Source of the DNA: Massalongia carnosa
Taxonomy: Eukaryota
Direction of reading: 5' to 3'
DNA length: 64,000 nucleotides
NCBI GenBank assembly: GCA_965645245.1
Contig: OZ287067.1
Coordinates: forward strand, 1,426,001 to 1,490,000
In this document: piece after piece, positions 11,850 to 24,880 of the stretch
Position numbering within the stretch: position 1 is the first letter of the stretch
How the letters are laid out: each line of letters begins with the position of its first letter
Notes under the pieces: model-generated
The model's input: the letters and a program-made list of their open reading frames with translations, nothing else
The model's database searches: none
What the model was told of the DNA's origin: nothing
Translations under genes and position numbers: made by a program

Positions 11850-13938
11850 TCATGCATATTGAATATAGAGTTGCAGCTTCGGGTTTCGTGCCAGCGCTAT
11901 GTCCAGCTCCCGATCGCTCAGCAGTTCGGCGAAGTTGCCGCTGGGTTCATCCCTATACTGCACAAGAATCTCGTCTTGTACCTTCAATCTGTCCTTAACC
12001 TTGTCTTTAAGCTGGGGAAAGCTGATATCGCTGGGAACTCTTATGGCGATACAATCATCTTCAAACCAAACCTTGATCTTGAGTGCCCCAGAGGACATGA
12101 TATTGGTGGTAGAGTTGTTGGTGGCAGATTGGTGGGTTCCAGAAGAAGTGGCTGATGTTTGCGTAAGAGAAGAGGGCTGTCGATTAATGGCGGCTTGGTG
12201 GGGAAACTCGGGTTGGCTGCGGTAACTCTGTTGTCCCACGATTGCTCCGTTGCTAGAAGGTGCCGAGTTCTGGGTTCGTTGGTGACTCACGCGATCATGA
12301 GGGGTGTTAGTAAGGCCCGCGGAGTATCCATCGTTGCCATTCGTATGCCCTTGCGACGATTGCCGGGACACTGTCCGAGAGAGACTATCCCCGCCCGAAG
12401 ATTGGAGCGACGCGCCTGAAAGGCGGTAATTTTCGCCGACCGCTCTGGGGTCGAGTTCAAAGTCACCTTCACGAGGTGCAAAGAGCTCACGTACCAGCTG
12501 GCATTTGGAGATGTAGGAAGGGAGGGAAAGAAGTTTCTTGACATAGTCATCCAAGCTTTCGCGACGACCATTAGAAATAGCATCCGTGACATATGTGACT
12601 GGCCCAGGCATGTATGGCAAAAGCCTAGGTCCGCCATTAGAATCGGCTTCTTTCGGGAATTCTTGCAGAAGGGCAATTTGGAAATCGTAGAAGTTCTGAT
12701 AAAATCGGGATAACTCCCAATGTCGGCCATCTTCTAGCTGGCATTCGATAATGTACCAGTATTTGTCGTTTTCAAAACAGTATCGTGGTATAGACGCAGA
12801 TATTGGAGCCAGCAGAGTCCGTTGCGAATCCCGGTTGTATATGTTTTGTGCGCTTCTGCTGCCATTTCTTTGATGATAGTGTTGGTTTTGCGGCTGTCGC
12901 TATTAGCAGCCGCCACATCATTTAATGACAGAGACTTACGTATGCACCCCCGTTCGGGCTTGCGTATTGATGACTTCCGTTGTTGAGGCTCATTCTTTCT
13001 AGATCCCGCTGCATCGAGGAGGCACTCGTGGCTTCAAACTTTCCTAGCGATATGCTGCTGGCCTTGTACTCCGCGGCCATTTTCTTCCATTCCTCCACTT
13101 TTGGTACACCGGCTCTCGTCACGGCTCCTTGGGCATCTGGTACAGCCTGTCCTGTTGTCATATCCCTAATCTCAATAAAAGAGACTGGAATGAGACCAGG
13201 TCCGCCCAGCCTACCAATCGGTTTTGCCACAAACCATTCTGGATTTGACTGAGCAATCACTATAATCGCTTCCCCAGCTTTCGCCTCGAGCTCGTCTGGT
13301 CTCTCTGCGTTGAAATCATATTGCACGACTCCATACACCATAGCCCCAGAACCCCTACCCATACTCGACATCCGGTTGTGCCCAGGGGTTCTCGCAGTGG
13401 CCGTTGAGTCCTGCCGAACAGGCTGCCCGGCTCTCTCTGACAAATAACCCGAGTCGCGTGGCGGTACTGGAGTGCTAACCGCAGACGCTGCCGACCCTGC
13501 GCTTTGCCTCTCTGTCTTACCTATGATTTCGAAGTAGGTGACGGGAACTAAGCCTCGAGCGCTCGGAATCAAAGGATTGCACGCTTCGTACCAGCTAGGA
13601 TCTTCTTCCCGGCTGATCACGTGGAAAAAGTCACCTTTGTGGAAAGCCAGTTTCTCAGAGTCCCCCGGGTCTGGGTCATAGTCGTAGAGCGCTTTGATAA
13701 CCTAATCTCGAGACTTGAAGTCAGTCTGCGCGCTGCGTAGGAAAAAAGTCAACTAGACGAGGGAACATGGCTGACCTTCTTCGGTGGGACAATTGCTATT
13801 GCAGACTTTTGTGTGAGAGAAATAAGATGTGGCTTCGCGTCCTGCTTCTCCGCCTTGACAGATCGCCTGAATGCCTAGTAATTTGAACGTCAACGCTCGT
13901 CGCTTCCCGTAGCCAGTGTTACTTGTACGAACCCTCAT
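11850..13938 (-). CDS. BEM1: Polarity scaffold Bem1/Scd2 (SH3-SH3-PX-PB1)
   Basis: Contains SH3a (VIKALYDY...WYEACNP), SH3b (YGVVQYDFNAERPDELEAKAGE...WFVAKPIGRLGGPGLIP), PX (RYYQDFY, LPYMPGPV) and PB1 (KIKVWFEDDCIAIRVP). The first coding exon is inferred as ATGAGG at 13938-13933. Confidence 0.93.
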
Positions 13939-15747
13939 TGTTTCTGTTCGGTAAGCGCAAGCACGCTGAATCGAGTAGTCCTTCGCTTTGAGACTTGTCA
14001 GCGCCAAAGTTGTCTTGTATAGAATACCTATGCAAGACACAGCGAGCGGTGCAACAGTCTTTCCCGTTGTACGCTAACAAATATCATGTGACAGACAAAG
14101 ACGTAGGACGGAAGGCAAAGATTTCAAGGAAGGGGCGCTCATAAAATTTGAGCCATGTCCTAAGGCAAGGTGTGTCCCTATGAGTTCCGCGAGGGTATCT
14201 GCTGCCGTGTGCTGGAATGACGGTGGCTGGGATTCTAACATGCAAGAGCGCGATCGAGAAGGTCTTTTCCCCAAGACTGGTGCAAACCAACTTAACTGTA
14301 ATTAGAAGAGATACGTCAGGCAGCGAAGTGGGAAAAGGTACTTGGTATCGTTATCGATTACAACCACGCAGTTGGGTCCCTGTGGTGTAAGATCGTTGGA
14401 GTTTCAATCTCCTTTTTAGAACGAAAGACGGGTCTTGCTTTTTTCACAGGCTAGAAAAGATTAGGCATTGCCTTAAGTTAACATCAATAGTTGTTTGGTA
14501 ATTGGTGTTTATGATCGCTCAATAGATGGGATGGATGGTTTGCCTGCAAGGCAAAATATGAACAGTTAAGTGGGTAATTATGTTCTCTGTACAGAGTACA
14601 GAGTTATACAGAGGTATTTCTGTATATCTAGTTTGTACTACCACTGCTAATGAATATTCCAAGGCCAAAGGATCCCTTACCTTCCCCTTGGGTGTTCATG
14701 CCACCAATCGAGTCAGATGCAAGCTATGCACGGAAGGAGGATTCTCACCTACGGATAGATACGCTGTACATGCAGTCTTTTTGGATCAGGTGCTTGCGCC
14801 AACGGGAAATATTACCTCTTAACTACTATCAACACCACCTCGTGGGAGCAGGGAATGATTTCTTCGATGTCTTCACATCACGGCATTTCTAATTATGATA
14901 ACAGCCGCATTGCTCCTACTGTATGTAGGTAACGTTACTCATTCAGTAACGAGGCTGAAACAGTCCGACAGAAATGCACCATCAGTACTCTATACCGTAT
15001 ACTATGTAAAGCAAGAAAGCCTCAGGCGATGACCCTGCCGTTCAGCCTCGTTCACTTTACTGGAAATTCACGGGAAGGTCTTTTCCACTTGACTTGCGAT
15101 TTGTCACAGCGGAATCCTTCACTGCCTACCGTTGCATACCCATCTCGAAACCAAATACTTACAGGGCGCATGAACTACTCACAAATAGAACACAGCCGGT
15201 GCAGATTGAAGGAGTCTTGTCTTCCAACGAAGCGAGTTGATAATGATTATATCCTATCAGACATGTTGTTGTACACGGAGTAGGCAGAGTCGAAGAATGT
15301 CTTGAATTTACCATCGATCTACATAGAAGGTCTTCACGAAAAAGTTTCCCACGCGGGGTGAATGCAGAAGGATAGTGTTTCTCTGTTAGAACATTTTTAC
15401 TTGATTTGCATTGAAACATATCAAACTTCTGAGTGCGAGAATAGGGAAACAAAAGGAAAGGAGATACATGATGAATCTCAAATAATGGTCTCAAAGCATC
15501 TTAGAGGTTGGAAACTTAAGAAGTATTGAAATTCGTTGGCAACATGCTCATCCATTGAATAAACGCAAAACCTAGTGCACACATGAGGGGCTTTCAGAGG
15601 TTTACAAGAGAAGCCACGATGGCTTACATACACCACGCTGGGGAAGGAGAAACCCGGTGATCGAATATCAAGGAATTTGGCCACTAATGTGACTTCAACC
15701 AGCAGCTGGGAGACGCAGAACAAGTCCATCAGCTCTAATGTACGGCG

Positions 15748-17419
15748 TCATATCTGGCCCTTAATATCCACTCTTTTAAATGCAGTTTCTTTAGCAGATT
15801 CGAAAAAGCCCATGGCTTTGCCCGTGAGAAGTCTTACACCTTCGACTTTTTCTTCAAGAAAAGCTTGACCGCCGTGATCACATACAAATCTTGCACTCTC
15901 GTCATCTGATTCGAAGCCCAGCTCTTCAGTAAGGAAACGAAGTCGCACATCTGGCTTGTATCTGCATCAATACCGTTAGCGCTATTCGAATTGGTGAAGC
16001 AGAAGTGAGCCTACGATTTACAGATGTTTGAAAGAGCAGCTAGACGCTCACGAGCCACAAACATATCCATTAGGTATGCCCCCATGTTGGGTGTCTCAAG
16101 GTACAGCTGGAAAAACTTGTGATAGTTTCCCAAAGCCAACGCTGAACGTGCGTCTAGCGCATGCTTTATAGCACTGTTCTTCTTCTCTGCTAGGGTTAGA
16201 TCTGCCAAAACGTCGTTCATGTCGGTTCGATTACACGTGTGAAGGAAATAAAGAATACGATAGGCTTTAAACTCCGTAGGATGTCCTCCAAGATTTTGCG
16301 AATATAACGCACGTAACTGCGTTTGGCACTGATTATACTCACCCAAATCACCCTTTTCCAGCGCAATCCGAGCATGTATCTCGTAAACGTTCACTGTAAA
16401 TTCATTCTTGATATGCTGAACAGTCAGGTCTTGGCGGAGGGATTTGAATTGATCGCAAATGTACCCATAATTGTTCTCCTTTTTCCACTTTTTCTTTAAA
16501 TGCTCCAGCGTTCGCTCAAGCACTGCCAGTGGACGCACAGAAGCCGGGTTTGGCGCAGACGTAAGTCGGAAGTACCTTTTCTCTAGATCCTGGCAAAGGC
16601 CAACAACTGGGCCTTGAGCTACTTGGACGCTGGGAGACGGCAACTTAGGCGATGAAAATGGCCTTGGGGAGAAGGGTCCGGGCTGTCCATCTTCGAAGCG
16701 CTTCGAGCGATTATCGAGGTTATGGTGGGACTTACTTGATCCTTTTCCAGAAATGTCATTGCGCTGTCGTTTATCTGGATACGAAATCCTTTCCTCGAAT
16801 ACATTCCGACTATTAGTAGTCCGCCAAGGAGGTGTTGCCTCATTGTCGTTTGCGGAAGGCTCCCAGTCGGATGACTTGCGCTTCTTTGAGGGAGTAACGG
16901 TGCTTTTTAGATTAGTGTCTTGCATGCTGAGGGAAGTAAGGTCAGATCCCAAGAATATGTTTACTGGGGGGTTATTGGCCTTTTCACGCTCGTTGTGAAT
17001 CATTTGTTGGGGTAGCGGCAATGATTCCCAGCTGACAGTGAGTAAAGTGTTACTTTCCGCTGATTCTGAGATTAGATGCTTAAGCTTCACCTCCATATCA
17101 TGCCGACTGATTCCAGGCATGCTATTTTCTGGAGCAAACGCCCTTTGAACATATTGACGAACAGGTAATGGCCAGTCTCGCTTAGATTTTTCTGGGTTTG
17201 GTGGGTTGCTCGCTGGTACAGAGACAGGTGAAGGTGGTGAAGCGCGGACACCAGACGGTCGCGCAAACGTTCTTCGAACAGGGACCGAAGTGAAAGCCGC
17301 GTTGGCTAAAGAGGAAAGAGTAAGATGTCTATTCTTCGTAGTCCTTTAACAATGAACTCACGATGCATTTGGTGCGAATGTTGAAGGCTTGTTTGCCACG
17401 AAGGCGCTGACACGGTCAT
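15748..17419 (-). CDS. THP3: SAC3/GANP-PCI domain protein (Thp3/LENG8-like); introns 17361-17306 and 16014-15962
   Basis: Contains LEKRYFRLTSAPNPASVRP, YICDQFKSLRQDLTVQHI, VYEIHARIALEKGDLGEYNQCQTQL and ALALGNYHKFF. Canonical splice sites keep the frame. Confidence 0.88.
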
Positions 17420-17747
17420 TAGAATGTTTAAATAAAGAAAAGGAACAGTTTGAGCTTGAACTTGGAGAATCTTCACATAGAAAAAGAAGTTTTAGGTGAA
17501 TTGTGGTATGACAGTTGTTCGATTCAGTGATGGGTTATGGTGAGATGATGAAATGAGACGACATGAAAAGAAGATCCGGTCCAACCACCGGGCCGAAATA
17601 TTTCCTAGCATCATTTTCAACGCTTGACTTCTTTCAGCTTGGCGGCGGCAACCTCCAGGGAAAGCGAGTTATGACAACGTCATGTTTTATGAAGAAAAGC
17701 AACAGTTAGCCCATGGCCGCTGGCAAAGTTGACACTGGTTGACCTGA

Positions 17748-19816
17748 ATGTTCTTTCAGTTGCTAGATTTGACAACTGCTCTACGGCCGTCTCTACTTCC
17801 AGATGAGACGTTGTTATTTGTTCAGGATGCTGTTGGTCTGTACGAAGGGTATGGGCTGTTAAACAGGCGTTTAAGTGCGTACCTTTTGAAAAGGGGTGCT
17901 GACATTGGTTGTGGGCAGGAAATATAAGCTTCCTGCCCTTCAAAGTGGCCACGCATACCTCACATCCCATCGAATCTGCTATGTTGATAATGTGGAGCCT
18001 CGGAAAAGTTCGATCGCTATTGAGTTAAAATTCATTGAAAAGTATGAGTATTATGTGAGTAATATTATGCCCTACTTCCTGTATCTAACATAATATCTTA
18101 CTTTTGAAGGCTGGGTTTTTAAAGTCATCCCCCAAAATCACGCTCTATCTTAAAGCCCTCTCAGGCAAAAGCTACAATGCCTCGTCCACGTCCAACTCCC
18201 AGATAGCAACGTTCACTCCTCCGTCCGGTTTACCTACTTCACCAGCAACCGGTGGAAATAGTTATTACAACAATACAGTACCGGGACCAGGCGGTCCCCG
18301 AAGCAATGAGACATGGATATGCCCCATATGTTCTTTTTCTAACCCGATACCTTCCAATTTCGAAGTGGCTACTGCGAACGCATACACTCCATTAACGCCA
18401 TGTTTAGCTTGTGGTATTAAGCCATCCCTAGCCCACGTTCTGAAAGCAGCCATCTCAAATGCTTCAGGAAGGAGGACATCCCCAATTTCAAGGCTGGCTC
18501 TTACGCGAGATAATCAGATACAATACAAAAACGACTCTTTGAATGACTATGCCGATGTTCCCAAAGACGAAGCCCCTCCGGTATTATCTGCATCCGACTT
18601 CCAATGCCCTCGATGCACTTTCTGCAATCATCCTCAATTATTATCTTGTGAGCTATGTGGTGCACCTCTAATCTCTATAAAGAGCACCAGAGCAGGAGAT
18701 TTTGAACAAAATATAAGCCGTTCTGATTCACCAGGGCCAGTTCTAGATTTTGGCGGCTCCCCAATCCAAAATAACCCCGAATGTGTTAAAATATCTTTCC
18801 GTGCTGGTGGAGACAAGATCTTCCATGAAAGGCTTAAAGGCGCCATGGTGCAGCGTAAATGGCTCCTGCAAAATGCTCCTCCTGTACCAAAGTATGGTCA
18901 GTCTTCAAACGATACATCACAGTCTGCTCCCGAGCGCTTAAAAGTCGTGGGTATTGCTAGACTCGAACATCGTGGGCAGGAACAACGTAAGAATAACGAA
19001 GTCGTCATCGGAAGCGCATTCGAAGATCTTGAAGCTCTGATGGCATCAGCAAAGGAGATTGTAGCCCTTGCTGAGTCATTCGCAAAGACTTCCGTCAATG
19101 GATCCTCGGACGCTAGCGCTTTGCTTCAAGAGTCCGCAGCCGCTTTGGGCATGGTGACTACCAAAGATATGCTAGGGTCAAGCTCCGGCTCTGACTCACT
19201 TTATCTTTCCGAGCTATCGCGCAACCTGGCGGAGTACTTAACCGACGATGCAAGAGGAATCTTGAAAAAGGAGGGTGGTATTATGAGTCTCGTTGACCTT
19301 TGGGCCGTAGTCAACCGTGCCCGAGGCGGCGTCGACCTGGTCAACCCTGGGGACTTTGAGAAAGCCACTCGCTTATGGGAAAAGCTCAACCTTCCCGTAC
19401 GACTCCGGCAGTTCAAAAACGGCCTCCTGGTCGTCCAGCGCTACGATTGGACAGATGATAAGACAGTTGCGCAACTTCTCGCATGGCTCCAAGAACTCCA
19501 CGAAACCCCGCCGCAGGGGATTGATGAGGACGTAGGCTGGGATTGGGCAGCGTTCGGCCACGGCGTTACGGCGCAGGAGACGGCGCGGCGGTTTGGGTGG
19601 AGCGTCGGCGTTGCGAGCGAGGAGCTGGCGATGGCGGAGGAGAAGGGTGTGTTATGCCGCGAGGAAGGGGTGGAGGGATTGCGGTTCTGGGAGAATTTCC
19701 TTGTGGATGATGAGTCTATGGCTCATCTTGATGACCGTAATCATGATTCACGTCCGAGCGGGGATGACGAAATGATCCTACGAAACCTGGAGGCCATGGG
19801 GTTTGGAAGTTTGTGA
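17748..19816 (+). CDS. VPS36: ESCRT-II subunit Vps36 (split GLUE domain with two NZF zinc fingers, EAP30 winged helix); introns 17849-17918 and 18055-18109
   Basis: Starts MFFQLLDLTTALRPSLLPDETLLFVQDAVGLYEG. Zinc fingers are WICPICSFSN and CPRCTFCNHP...CELCG. Also carries AFEDLEALMASAKEIV and VNRARGGVDLV. Confidence 0.93.
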
Positions 19817-21886
19817 GGGCGGGGTGGCATTTCACTAGATCTGTACTGGGAAGATGTATAGATGTCTCATACTGGGGGTCTTTGATACCCCGTTCAATTT
19901 ACCCCTTTACTCTTTCTTCGCCCTTGGTCAGTCGTGCTTCGCCCCTTCGTTCCATCGTACCTTTCCATCCATGTATAGAGTACCTATGTAGTCGATTCTA
20001 TGAACGTCACTCGCCAATCCGTCACCATATCTGCAGTCAAATTAGGGAGCATGGCAGGTTAACCCAATATCTAACCCATTTTACCGGCTTTCGTAGGTTG
20101 AAACCCCCGCCCTGTGTTCTCCGGAACTCATGGTTTTTTTTGCTAGGGATCTTAATTCTTCAATGGTGCAAAGGCTGGTATGGACTTAGGCGCATGCTTT
20201 TAGGAAGCTCCATCAAAGCATTTCGGAGTTCACATGGTTATTTCGAATGTATAGGCATACAGGCTAGCGGATGGGTAGGTCCTTGTTGGATGGAATCTCG
20301 TGCCTTGTATCTTTCAGATTTGTCAATGGGTTAATCAATCACTCAATTCCTTCAAACCCTACCTCCCTCCTCCCTCCTCCCTCCTCCCTCTTAAAACCGT
20401 CCTCCAGCCCATCTCCAGCCCCTAAACCCCACGGAATTTCTTGCCCTATCTTTCCATTTCCCTCCGTTTTGACCCTTCTTTTCTCGCAGAATCCCCGTCT
20501 ATTTATAGGATTTGAAATGTTCCATGTTGCTTTGAGTAGAATGGTGAAGTTTTTTGATACTGAGAATGTGTGAATTTAGGGCTTGGAAAGGAAGTGATGA
20601 TAGGGGGGTTTTGGATTTGTGGATCGACTGGATAGATTAGTTGAGTATTTGGGTTTTGGAAGGAATATTTGAAACGATAGAAAGAGGGAAGGGCGGTGGG
20701 ATTTTGGAGGAGGAGCAGAGTGGGAGATGTGTTCGGTGAAAATGGGGTACAGAGTTAGGGTTAGGGTTAACTGATAGCTCTCTTTTTTAAATTTGTTCAT
20801 TTGAAAAAACTCATATTAAAGAAAAGTAATCTTTAGCAAAGGAGGCGAATGTCGTTTAATAAAGGGTATGAAAGGAGAGCATTTAAGGGAAAGCTGTGAA
20901 TGAGAGATATTTATATGTAAAAAGTTTGGATGTTGAAATTTTAAATTTCATTGTATAGAAGAAAAAGCGTGTTATTTCGACTGTACAATACAACGAGATA
21001 GCCTACCTACCTACTCTTGATAACCTTCTTGTTAATAGCACATGCCTGCTGGGCCAGAAACCTTTACATGGTGCAGGTTATCAGTACCTCCTCGAAGTGG
21101 TCAATATTTGACCATCGCCAACGGCTCGGTGGCCATTAGAAAGATCAACGTCTCTATTGAGCATTCATCACCCCGAAGGCATACAAAGCCCATTCGTTAC
21201 GAAATGACCGCAACCCAATCTACAAAGACACCACGATCTGCCCTCGATCATGCTCGTCTTTTCTCCATTGAATCAAAACATTGAAAAAGAGAACGTTCGC
21301 CGAATGTATGAAGATGTACTGTCTAATTCACGGATTTTACAGGATTCTTAGCGCTTGAAGACCTGGGTGTATGCACCATGTGATAAACGAACGTTTTTGA
21401 TGTGATAATGGAATATAGAGGGAGTGGTTTTATCCTAAGGGTCAGGTTTTCACTTCCTGACTGTTGTCTGTGCACATACATAGCAGTCATAGTGTCGTAT
21501 CCTTAGGACGTATACGCTTAATGAATATGAATCAATCAAAAGACACGTGTTGATTAGGGCAAGAGATCTGTATTTCTAATCGATTAGATAAGAACTTTCT
21601 TACTTGTCACTGTTCAGGAATCGACCCCAGCCTCGGGCATATCATCCGAAAGGCACGAGTACCTAGACTTCGATCCATTAACTCTTGGTTGAATTTGCAT
21701 CCTATCGTATTCTTCGTTCTACAATCCTGGTAGCCAGGCATAACTATAGACTTCTATCATTGTCTCGAGTCTTTGAAGTTGAATTCTTCTATCTTAACCC
21801 CGTGCATCTTACGTGGCCCTGCAGACCTATGAACCCCCCCCCCCCGCCTTTGAACTCCAGCATTTATGACCCTGCTGTAGAGAAGC

Positions 21887-24880
21887 ATGCTTTCGTCACA
21901 GCAGTGCATCCGAGCTCGAAGCCTGCATCGTTCGGCTCACGGGACTGGTGCTCATCTCTCCATATCAAACCTTACGATATCCCACAAACTATTCAACGCG
22001 CAAAGCGTGTGCCGATTCAAAATATCCCAGACAAACTCCCGTCGAACATTCTCGTGGGGTAAGAGGCGTTATTGGGGCAACCTGGGGTTTTATAAATCTT
22101 ATAATACCCGTTCAACGAACATTTGTGATGGTAAATGGAGCAATCTTCATCATGGTGATGGAAGCCACGTTGTCTGTAGATATCTTTCGGGTCAAGGATG
22201 GCATCGGTCAAGATTCTGGGGAAGGTCTGCCTATGGGTGGGGGAACAATAACTACTCATCGAAAAATCGTCAGGATATCGAAGAGAGACATGATGGATGG
22301 TATACCAATTGTCAGAGAAGACAGGTAGAGATGGAGAGACAATTTGAAAAGTTCAAGCGAAGGGTAGATGATGATCCATATGGTATGCTTTTCGGTTGGC
22401 GGTTAGAGATAGACAGGTCTCCTAAATCGTCGTCTCCCGGTAATGGTTCTAATCATAGTGCAAAGAGTAAAGGGGCGAGTTTTACTATGAAGAGCGAAGC
22501 ACATATGGGCAGTGAAGCTTTAAAGTCAAGCCAAGCGGGGCAGGATATAACCCGTGAGAATGGAACCCGGCTTTCTTCCTCAGATACAGAGAAAAGCACC
22601 CTGCAGTGGCAAGAAACGCTAGCAGAAGAATTCGAATTCGATCCCATTTCTATGCGCAAGGTACCAAAGAGACCTTCCCGTCAGATGCCTACTGCTATCA
22701 AGGAAATGCCAGCCATTGATAGCGAAATTAACATCCTAGTGAAACCCTTCGTTAAGAACATGATTGAAGATGCTAAAAAGGGAACCCATCTGCGGTCTCC
22801 TGGTGCTACTTCTGATAAGCAGCCTTTAACAGCCAAGTCTAAGAATACATCCGAAAGCCCTAAAACGCAACAGCAGCCACAGAGCTGGCTTGCACAAGAA
22901 GGCTTTGGAACCGAAGAACCGGTGTCTAACTTCCCCCGGCTAGGTTCGAAACTTCCTAAGGTTGAAAGCGCTTTGGATCGTCTTTTAAGGAAGAGAAGTT
23001 CTGTGTCAGAAAAAGCCAGCACAAAACAGCAGGTGTTAGAATATAAAGGGGAGGACAACACCACAGAGGATGTTGATCTTCTTCGGGCTAGTGATATAAG
23101 AGCACTGACCGGCCTTGGGGGTAAAACTCCCAAGGAAACTGCCGCACAAAAACAGGAAAGACGAAAGTCGCTCGAGGAAAGCTATGAAACGCGACCCAAA
23201 ATTTTAGAGGCCCAGTTCAAGCGAGAGGTCGCATCTGAGACAGTGCGAACAGCCAGCAAGCTTTCTGGAGTGAAGCAAGTTCCAAGTCCTGAAGCCCCTT
23301 TGCCTAGCAAACACAGCTGTGGTGAGTCTGGCCTATCGAATATTGATGAAAAATATCTGCTGCAAGAGCTAGAAGAGCTTCCTCAACGAGAACCCTTGAT
23401 TCGAAAGAAAATTGCAGCTATGAGCGCGCATCAAAAGGAAGTAATGGCTCAGAAGGCTGCTATGGAAGAACTGGAGATGCGCGGCAGTGCTAAAAAGAAG
23501 TCTGAAGCTCCTTTTGTTGCCCCTCAAGAATCTAGGGAAGACGATATGGCAAGTAATGTGGATGACTTTTTTGACAAAGGATGTTGGTATAAGCAACAAG
23601 GATCCCATGTATTGAAGTACCCTGAGCTAGAGCAGCGGTTGGCTGAGGATAAGGCGTTGATAAAGGAGGTTAGGGATATTTACGAGGAGAAGTATGGCAC
23701 AATTGACACCCAACATCGCCAGCCACCTACAATGGAGGACAAAGAAAATCAGGAGCATATCCATGATATCTTAGACCGAACTTCCTTCCAACAGTCACCC
23801 CTAAGCTTTCGAAATGCTTCGGAACCGCATGGGAGCTCGCTCAATCCGATGGAAGATCCGCAACCACGTAGCCGGGAGGGTAGTAGATCCGAAGAACTCA
23901 AGATAATTCGACAGCTAATTGATGAGTTACGCCAGACTCAGCGACTTTTCCAAAGTCTTCAAGTGCATTACAACAAAAGATTTCCTAACGTAGCTATCCC
24001 AGGCGACATATTGCAGAGCTTGGAAGCGTTCGAGCGGAGTTTTATGTATACAATAAAAGGGGCGTGGGAGGTGTTCAAATCTGGCATTGAATCATCGCCA
24101 CACTCGGCGAAGATATTTGAAAAGCCCAGCACATTGGAAACAATCACACAGTCAAACGTGGTTGCATCAAAGCCGGCTTCAACATCGAAGCCAAATTTGC
24201 CAGAAGAGTCCACTTCTTCAGCTTCCAGCTCCCTTAGAAGTTCGTACAAGATTCTTGCTTACGACCCTTCGACCCAACGAATCTCGACCGCGAAAACGAG
24301 TTCTCTGAATTGCCAGGACGAGGAACCGCTTACTCTGGTCAAGGCTCTTTCCAGGCTTTCGGCTCCAGCCAAGTTCCTTCCCCATCTTGACTCTTTGCAT
24401 GATTCTGGCTACGAAATCGTCTCTAGCGGCACCAATATACTCATCTTCAAAAAGGTCAACCCGGCCGAATCGTCTTCACCACCCATTATGGAAGCTACGT
24501 TCCCTTTGAGCACGCCCGAGAAGTTACCTTGGCACACCAACCCCATCGATGGTACAACGACGCAGACGGGCAATTTTGCGTCCCCAACGGGATTTGTAAA
24601 CCATGATGCCATCCTACCTCCCTCCGAAGATGATGGATATATCTCACCAGATCGATGGAGCACCAGGGGGAATGACAAGGTCACCAGGCAAGAGGAAGTT
24701 TTCTCCGGCTCGCGCACGCGCTGGCACGAGCGGGGCGACGAGGGCCGGATGAAGTCCAAGAGCAAGCAGCGCAGGGCGGTCAGGCGCAAGAGGACGCTAA
24801 AGCGAATGGTTTGGGTTGGCGCGTGGGTTGCTGGGTGCTGCTATGCGGTGGGCGTTGCTTCTGAGTTTTTCAAAGCGTGA
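21887..24880 (+). CDS. Conserved hypothetical fungal protein (997 aa) with a C-terminal transmembrane segment
   Basis: A long uninterrupted ORF with ordered-looking blocks (FEFDPISMRKVP, DVDLLRASDIRA, YKILAYDP, NPIDGT...GNFASPTGFVNHD). It ends in a basic patch followed by the hydrophobic tail MVWVGAWVAGCCYAVGVASEFF. Confidence 0.8.
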   Translation: MLSSQQCIRARSLHRSAHGTGAHLSISNLTISHKLFNAQSVCRFKISQTNSRRTFSWGKRRYWGNLGFYKSYNTRSTNICDGKWSNLHHGDGSHVVCRYLSGQGWHRSRFWGRSAYGWGNNNYSSKNRQDIEERHDGWYTNCQRRQVEMERQFEKFKRRVDDDPYGMLFGWRLEIDRSPKSSSPGNGSNHSAKSKGASFTMKSEAHMGSEALKSSQAGQDITRENGTRLSSSDTEKSTLQWQETLAEEFEFDPISMRKVPKRPSRQMPTAIKEMPAIDSEINILVKPFVKNMIEDAKKGTHLRSPGATSDKQPLTAKSKNTSESPKTQQQPQSWLAQEGFGTEEPVSNFPRLGSKLPKVESALDRLLRKRSSVSEKASTKQQVLEYKGEDNTTEDVDLLRASDIRALTGLGGKTPKETAAQKQERRKSLEESYETRPKILEAQFKREVASETVRTASKLSGVKQVPSPEAPLPSKHSCGESGLSNIDEKYLLQELEELPQREPLIRKKIAAMSAHQKEVMAQKAAMEELEMRGSAKKKSEAPFVAPQESREDDMASNVDDFFDKGCWYKQQGSHVLKYPELEQRLAEDKALIKEVRDIYEEKYGTIDTQHRQPPTMEDKENQEHIHDILDRTSFQQSPLSFRNASEPHGSSLNPMEDPQPRSREGSRSEELKIIRQLIDELRQTQRLFQSLQVHYNKRFPNVAIPGDILQSLEAFERSFMYTIKGAWEVFKSGIESSPHSAKIFEKPSTLETITQSNVVASKPASTSKPNLPEESTSSASSSLRSSYKILAYDPSTQRISTAKTSSLNCQDEEPLTLVKALSRLSAPAKFLPHLDSLHDSGYEIVSSGTNILIFKKVNPAESSSPPIMEATFPLSTPEKLPWHTNPIDGTTTQTGNFASPTGFVNHDAILPPSEDDGYISPDRWSTRGNDKVTRQEEVFSGSRTRWHERGDEGRMKSKSKQRRAVRRKRTLKRMVWVGAWVAGCCYAVGVASEFFKA

